Shown piece after piece: positions 58,980 to 64,000 of a DNA stretch of 64,000 nucleotides (position 1 is the stretch's first letter; every line of letters begins with the position of its first letter). Both the position numbers and the translations under genes were made by a program. Under the pieces are notes generated by a model. That model saw nothing but the letters and a program-made list of their open reading frames with translations. It was not told where the DNA came from and searched no databases. The stretch is from Nanobdellota archaeon (GTDB lineage: Archaea > Nanobdellota > Nanobdellia > Woesearchaeales > JAGWAF01), in NCBI GenBank assembly GCA_038046365.1, contig JBBSWF010000020.1, positions 14,201 through 78,200 on the forward strand. The letters are read 5' to 3'.

Positions 58980-59037
58980 AGGTTCGGAGCGGAAGGCCCC
59001 GAAGCGGGCCGGAGCGAAGGACCTGCCCCCGCAGGGC
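58980..59037. repeat. GC-rich hairpin element with GAGCG(G)AAG internal-loop motifs (REP-like)
   Basis: AGGTTC/GGACCT outer stem, GGCCC-CGAAGC-GGGCC inner hairpin, GCCC-CCGCA-GGGC second hairpin. Confidence 0.6.
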
Positions 59038-59133
59038 TTTATCTGGGCGCGACAAAGAGGTCATATCAAAATCTGCCTAAAATGGGAGAAGAGCTAAAGT
59101 TATATATATATTGAGCGTACGGAAAGATAATAC

Positions 59134-59288
59134 GTGAAAATAGTCATCAACTTAGACAAATGGCACGCATACGCCATAACCCTCCTCCTGACCATAATCG
59201 CAGGAGCATTCCTCGCAGCAGGAGCAGCCCCAGCAGGCGTATCGACACACCAGACACTATTCACAGACACGATAAAAGGGAAAAGCGG
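59134..59288 (+). repeat. 155-bp near-identical 5' segment shared with 60415-60569 (diverged third copy from 62375)
   Basis: First 135 nt identical, then 2 mismatches. Confidence 0.95.
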
Positions 59289-60294
59289 AGATAATGTAGC
59301 AGTGATGGGCAATGTGGGGATCGGGACCACCATGCCCCGGGCTAAACTCCATTTATACGCTCCGTCCTCCAATTCATTCATGGACATCGAGACCGCGGGA
59401 CCATACGCATCAGGATTACTTATAGGCGCCGCGACCAGCAACTCAATGAAAGAGGGCCAGATACAATACACAGACATCTTCAGGATAATCAATCGGCGCT
59501 TCCTGACAGACAACACAGACGGCGGCCGTGACATCATGACGTTCCAGCCTGAGGGCAATGTAGGGATCGGAACGACCAATCCATTGACAAGATTGCATAC
59601 TGAAGGACAACAGATATCGACATTCACCGGGACCGCGCGAGGATTACTCACTTTAAGCGCGCCATACAATGTAGGATATTACACGCCGCTGGATTTTCTA
59701 TACACCCCAGGAGCGTATCCCACAGCAAGAATCGCCGCTTATCATGACGGCGGCGGTTCAAAACTCGTATTCGGGACTTCATACAATTATGCCGCGGGCA
59801 TAACCACCACCGCCATGACAATAGATCAATACGGCAAAGTCGGCATCCTCCAGACAAATCCGCAGCGGACACTACAAGTAGGCGGCGACATATTGACAGA
59901 GGGGGATTTCTACGACGGAGGGATGCCTGCGGTGAACGGGGGATGGGACGTGTGGATGGAAACAGGCACAGGCAGATTCGGAACAGCTCCAGCTAGCAGC
60001 AGAAGATACAAAGAAAATATCGAAAATTCTACACTTGGGCTGAATGATGTCATGAGGTTAAGACCGGTGCTTTTCAACTACAAAAAGAGCTATGTGAATG
60101 ACAGCACAAGACACGCAGGCCTGATCGCGGAAGAAGTCAGCGAGGTCAGCCCGATGCTTGTGCAACTAAAAGACGGGCGGGTAGAGGACGTGAAATACAA
60201 AGAGATCACTCCTTTGCTAGTCAAAGCGATCCAAGAGCAGCAAGCGCAGATAAAGTCGCTGCAGAACAGGCTGGAAGAACTCGAGAAGAGATAG
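59134..60294 (+). CDS. Membrane-anchored fibre-like protein with C-terminal intramolecular chaperone (peptidase S74-like)
   Basis: N-terminal TM, GNVGIGT repeats, SSRRYKENI..LRPV.FNYK..GLIAEEV..LVKAIQEQ. Confidence 0.9.
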   Translation: MKIVINLDKWHAYAITLLLTIIAGAFLAAGAAPAGVSTHQTLFTDTIKGKSGDNVAVMGNVGIGTTMPRAKLHLYAPSSNSFMDIETAGPYASGLLIGAATSNSMKEGQIQYTDIFRIINRRFLTDNTDGGRDIMTFQPEGNVGIGTTNPLTRLHTEGQQISTFTGTARGLLTLSAPYNVGYYTPLDFLYTPGAYPTARIAAYHDGGGSKLVFGTSYNYAAGITTTAMTIDQYGKVGILQTNPQRTLQVGGDILTEGDFYDGGMPAVNGGWDVWMETGTGRFGTAPASSRRYKENIENSTLGLNDVMRLRPVLFNYKKSYVNDSTRHAGLIAEEVSEVSPMLVQLKDGRVEDVKYKEITPLLVKAIQEQQAQIKSLQNRLEELEKR

Positions 60295-60414
60295 CGACGA
60301 CAAAAAAAGGGATGCAAGACCAGATTTGACCGGGTAGAACCAGATTTGAGACTATCCTCACCGACCAAGAGGACACTCGCAAAGTTATTATAGTGATAAT
60401 CCGGAAGAAAACAT

Positions 60415-62286
60415 GTGAAAATAGTCATCAACTTAGACAAATGGCACGCATACGCCATAACCCTCCTCCTGACCATAATCGCAGGAGCATTCCTCGCAGC
60501 AGGAGCAGCCCCAGCAGGCGTATCGACACACCAGACACTATTCACAGACCTGATAAAAGGGAAAAGCGGCTCTTCAGTTGCTATGATGGACAAGGTAGGC
60601 ATCGGGACGACGAACCCCACAACACCCCTCGATGTCGCAGGATCCGCAAAAGCGACCCGGCTCATATCCCAAGGCAACACTGGCGCGGATCTTATCGTGA
60701 TTAGACCCGGCGATGACCTCAACCCGGCGTATCCAGCGATAACATTAGGAAACGCGGCATGGACCGCCTGGCCATTCCAAGTCCTGAAGAACGGAAACAT
60801 CATCACTGCCGGCAAGATGGGGATCGGAACGACAACCCCCGAATCCCAATTGGATGTCAGAACAATCACATCACAACCGATGGCATACTTCGAAGGAAAA
60901 GACCTGCGAGCCCAAGCGCAATACCCGACCAATCCAGACCCAAGTTCCTACATATTCCTAAAAGACCTGGACAGCACAGCGTTGTGGGGACTCCGAGTCG
61001 GCAACACAGGAGACTTCGCCATACACCAAGCGAGCGTGGCCGACCGGATGACCATATTGAACAATGGAAATGTCGGCATAGGCACGACCAGCCCGACCGC
61101 AAAACTGGATGTCGCAGGAACGGCAATACTCGATTACCTAGCAGTCGACCCACAGGACACAAACATCGAAGGCGGAGAGATCCAGCTTCGAGGCGCCGGG
61201 AGCAATGGAGGATTCCAGATAGACAATTACGCAGGCAACGCAAGGATACACACACTCGCATCAGGAAAAACATTCCAAGTGCTAGGCGGAGGGATCTACG
61301 CAGAAGGGCCCATACAATCCACCAGCGGAGGGATCAAATTCCCAGACGGGACAGTACAGAACACCGCAGCAGCAGGCGGATTCTCGCTGCCACCTGGCGT
61401 CACGATACAAGGCACAGCAGGAAGGAACTATTTCCGCGACACTGAAAACGCCGGAGACCTCCGAGTCGGCGCCGCATGGGGAATGCCAGGAATATACGCA
61501 GAGACCGGAGCGGGGGTTTTGGGAGGAGCAGGAGGCGCGAGCCTGCAGAACAACGCACTAGTCGTGAAAACCGACGGCAAAGTAGGCATCGGAACGACAA
61601 CCCCTGCGTACAAACTCGACGTGAACGGTGACATGATCAACGGCTGGTTCAGATCAAGAGGACAAACAGGATGGTACAGCCAGGATTACGGCGGCGGATG
61701 GTACATGATCGACCCATGGTGGATCCGCTCAGTCGGCTCAAAAAACGTCTGGGTAGACCAAGTGATAGGATCAAACGCAGGACTCACAGTAGGATACGGC
61801 GGGCAAGGACCTCCGAGCACAGGAGCTATAATCGCGGGAAATGTGGGGATAGGGACATCTGGACCATTGTCTAAACTTCATGTCTACAGCACAGGCAATA
61901 CCATCTCGGGAGTGCAAGGAGGGGTCCAGTCATTATGGGGCATGGAAGCATTGTCTAACACCAACGCGATGCAGATAGGCAACCTCAATGGCGCGGATCT
62001 GAATCCATCTATCTTTCTAAATAGTGGAGGGAATGTCGGAATCGGCACGACAGCACCCACACAAAAGCTCGACGTAGCCGGAAATGTCAAGACAAACGGC
62101 ATCGTATTCTCTGACGGCACGACACAGACCACTAAAGCGATAACCGGCATCTGGATAACCCCCGAAGGCACACACGTCCCCGGCGGAACCGGATGCCCTT
62201 CAGGATATACCCAAATAGCAAGCTTCGCCGACTGCGGACAGGCTAATTGTTACGGCAACCAACTGGTGTGCGTGAAATACGGATAG
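60415..62286 (+). CDS. Membrane-anchored fibre-like protein with a PilV/shufflon-like segment
   Basis: Same N-terminus as 59134; six (V/M)GIGT repeats; WFRSRGQTGWYSQDYGGGWYM; C-terminal CPSGY..C. Confidence 0.85.
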   Translation: MKIVINLDKWHAYAITLLLTIIAGAFLAAGAAPAGVSTHQTLFTDLIKGKSGSSVAMMDKVGIGTTNPTTPLDVAGSAKATRLISQGNTGADLIVIRPGDDLNPAYPAITLGNAAWTAWPFQVLKNGNIITAGKMGIGTTTPESQLDVRTITSQPMAYFEGKDLRAQAQYPTNPDPSSYIFLKDLDSTALWGLRVGNTGDFAIHQASVADRMTILNNGNVGIGTTSPTAKLDVAGTAILDYLAVDPQDTNIEGGEIQLRGAGSNGGFQIDNYAGNARIHTLASGKTFQVLGGGIYAEGPIQSTSGGIKFPDGTVQNTAAAGGFSLPPGVTIQGTAGRNYFRDTENAGDLRVGAAWGMPGIYAETGAGVLGGAGGASLQNNALVVKTDGKVGIGTTTPAYKLDVNGDMINGWFRSRGQTGWYSQDYGGGWYMIDPWWIRSVGSKNVWVDQVIGSNAGLTVGYGGQGPPSTGAIIAGNVGIGTSGPLSKLHVYSTGNTISGVQGGVQSLWGMEALSNTNAMQIGNLNGADLNPSIFLNSGGNVGIGTTAPTQKLDVAGNVKTNGIVFSDGTTQTTKAITGIWITPEGTHVPGGTGCPSGYTQIASFADCGQANCYGNQLVCVKYG

Positions 62287-62374
62287 ATAACTGAAATCAC
62301 TGCGAGATCGAGATGATTCCACGATCTCCAAAATCTAAGAAGATTTTTATAGTCACTACCCGGGAAAATGCGCC

Positions 62375-63463
62375 ATGAAGATCCTAATAAATCTAGAGAA
62401 ATACCACGTCTACGTGATAGTCCTGGCACTCGTGCTTCTCGTAGGCGCATTCCTCGCAGCCGGAGCCGCACCCGCTGGGATATCGACACACCAGACGCTA
62501 TTCACTGACACGATTAAGAGCAAAAGCGGATCTTCCATCGCGATGATGGACAAGGTAGGCGTCTGGACCGCCACGCCACAGTATCCATTAGATGTGAACG
62601 GGGCATTCGCCGCCAGGGACAACGTAGAGATAGGCCATATTCCCGGCGTATCAGGAGGGATATTCATAACAAAGAGCTCCACTTACGGCAAGCCCGCGGT
62701 CCAAGCAGTGACACCAGCGTTTGGATTCGATCAACTCGCATTGAACCCAGGAGGAGGCAACGTAGGAATCGGGACAGCTTCTCCAACAGAGAAGCTTGAT
62801 GTGGCCGGAAATATCAAAGCCACTGGATTCTGCATAGACACCAACTGCAAGACAAGCTTTTCAGGCGGAGGCGGCCTGCTGGCGATCCGATCATATGCCT
62901 CAAGCGCCACCTGGACAAAACCATCAGGACTCGCATATATAATAGTCGATGTCTGGGGAGCAGGCGGAGGAGGAGGCGGAAGCAATCCAGGCAGTGCTGA
63001 TGGAGGAGCAGGCACATCATCATTATTTGGTCCTTATGTATCAGCAAGTGGCGGCGAAGGCGGAAGTGCCGTCGGAGGATATGGCGGCGGTCGCGGCGGT
63101 GTAGGCACTAATGGAGATATCAATCTCATAGGCCAATCTGGTCAGTTAGCCTGGGCTGGCGGCGGAGGCATGGGAGGATCTTCACCCAATGGCGGCGCTG
63201 GCGGCCAAAGTCGATGGTGTTCATACTGCAATTCACAGGATATGGGTATAGTTCCAGGCGGTGGAGGAGCCGGAGACTCCAATATGGGTTCCCAAGGCGC
63301 TCCGGGCGGCGGCGCAGGAGGATATTCAAAGAAAAGAATAGACGCTAACGCACTGACTGCAACTGTGCCAATCACAATAGGTGATGGCGGCGCAGGAGGC
63401 AGCGGCCACGATGTCGGTGGCATAGGCGCCAATGGAATGGTTGTTGTCTATGAGTATGGTTGA
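62375..63463 (+). CDS. Membrane-anchored fibre-like protein with glycine-rich C-terminal domain
   Basis: Paralogous N-terminus; TWTKPSG..IIVDVWGAGGGGG...GANGMVVVYEY. Confidence 0.85.
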   Translation: MKILINLEKYHVYVIVLALVLLVGAFLAAGAAPAGISTHQTLFTDTIKSKSGSSIAMMDKVGVWTATPQYPLDVNGAFAARDNVEIGHIPGVSGGIFITKSSTYGKPAVQAVTPAFGFDQLALNPGGGNVGIGTASPTEKLDVAGNIKATGFCIDTNCKTSFSGGGGLLAIRSYASSATWTKPSGLAYIIVDVWGAGGGGGGSNPGSADGGAGTSSLFGPYVSASGGEGGSAVGGYGGGRGGVGTNGDINLIGQSGQLAWAGGGGMGGSSPNGGAGGQSRWCSYCNSQDMGIVPGGGGAGDSNMGSQGAPGGGAGGYSKKRIDANALTATVPITIGDGGAGGSGHDVGGIGANGMVVVYEYG

Positions 63464-63601
63464 ACAGGCAAACACGATGATCTGAAACTCGTAAAATTAT
63501 CATAGATAGGAAACTTTGCGGATTTTCTCACGGTATGACTCGTTGTTGCATATACAATATATCCCCAAATGATATCTTCTCAACAGGCAGTATGATGAAG
63601 T

Positions 63602-64000
63602 ATGAACCTCAAGAAAACACTCGTGACAATTGTTGCCACAGCGATGCTGTACGCCGGAGCGCCAGGAATGGCAGAGGCGTACAGACCCGTTAGGGGGAGG
63701 ACACTAGAGACATACGTTGAGACCAAAGACAAGACCGACACACCAGCCAAGATATGGGCATTCTTCAAGACCAGCATCAAGTACGCAAGCGACAAAGAAG
63801 GGAAGTTCAAGAACCACAAAGGAGAGGAAAGGACGCTTGGCAATGACTACATGCAAGACCCGATCGACACATACCTTCGAGGCAAAGGCGACTGCGATGA
63901 CTACGCTGCGCTGGCGCACGACTGGCTCAAAGAAGCAGGATATGAAACAAAGATGATCTCATACTTTGCCAAGGGAAAGAAGACCGGGCACGCGATATGC
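63602..64000 (+). CDS. Secreted transglutaminase-like cysteine peptidase (3'-partial)
   Basis: Signal peptide MNLKKTLVTIVATAML; Q.P..T...KGDCDDYA and GHAIC; runs off the window end. Confidence 0.85.
   Translation, partial: MNLKKTLVTIVATAMLYAGAPGMAEAYRPVRGRTLETYVETKDKTDTPAKIWAFFKTSIKYASDKEGKFKNHKGEERTLGNDYMQDPIDTYLRGKGDCDDYAALAHDWLKEAGYETKMISYFAKGKKTGHAIC

Noticed and set aside
59134-63463. Provirus tail module
   Set aside because: No capsid, terminase, portal or integrase genes nearby, and the proteins have N-terminal membrane anchors typical of cellular surface proteins.

Overview
Archaeal DNA, most consistent with a DPANN lineage such as Woesearchaeota. This taxonomy is inferred from BRE/TATA-like promoters, TrmB and AbrB-PhoU regulators, HTH-MNT/HEPN modules and giant surface proteins. 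The window is mostly accessory. It starts with the 3' part of a transketolase and small housekeeping enzymes. It then carries a 4603-aa membrane-anchored surface protein with two subtilisin domains, long beta-helix tracts and a lipase-type hydrolase, three MNT-HEPN toxin-antitoxin modules, a type I restriction-modification operon with inserted accessory genes, and a SEC-C/TPR/SWIM cluster. It ends with three fibre-like proteins that share an N-terminus but have different C-termini. The most unusual signals are non-coding. (1) A ~365-nt, almost fully foldable element (10021-10384) lies upstream of the giant gene, with a second ~165-nt structured element downstream. (2) A locus at 30489-31860 combines inverted-repeat sites, an 11-bp-phased TGGCGYGA array, a small possibly pseudoknotted element and two paralogous membrane proteins, one fused to a winged-HTH; it is a candidate membrane-tethered DNA-anchoring or origin system. 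Several internally deleted gene remnants and a 54-bp duplication flanking a TA module are also visible. No rRNA, tRNA, CRISPR array, integrase or transposase was recognised. All calls are by eye, without database searches or folding software.
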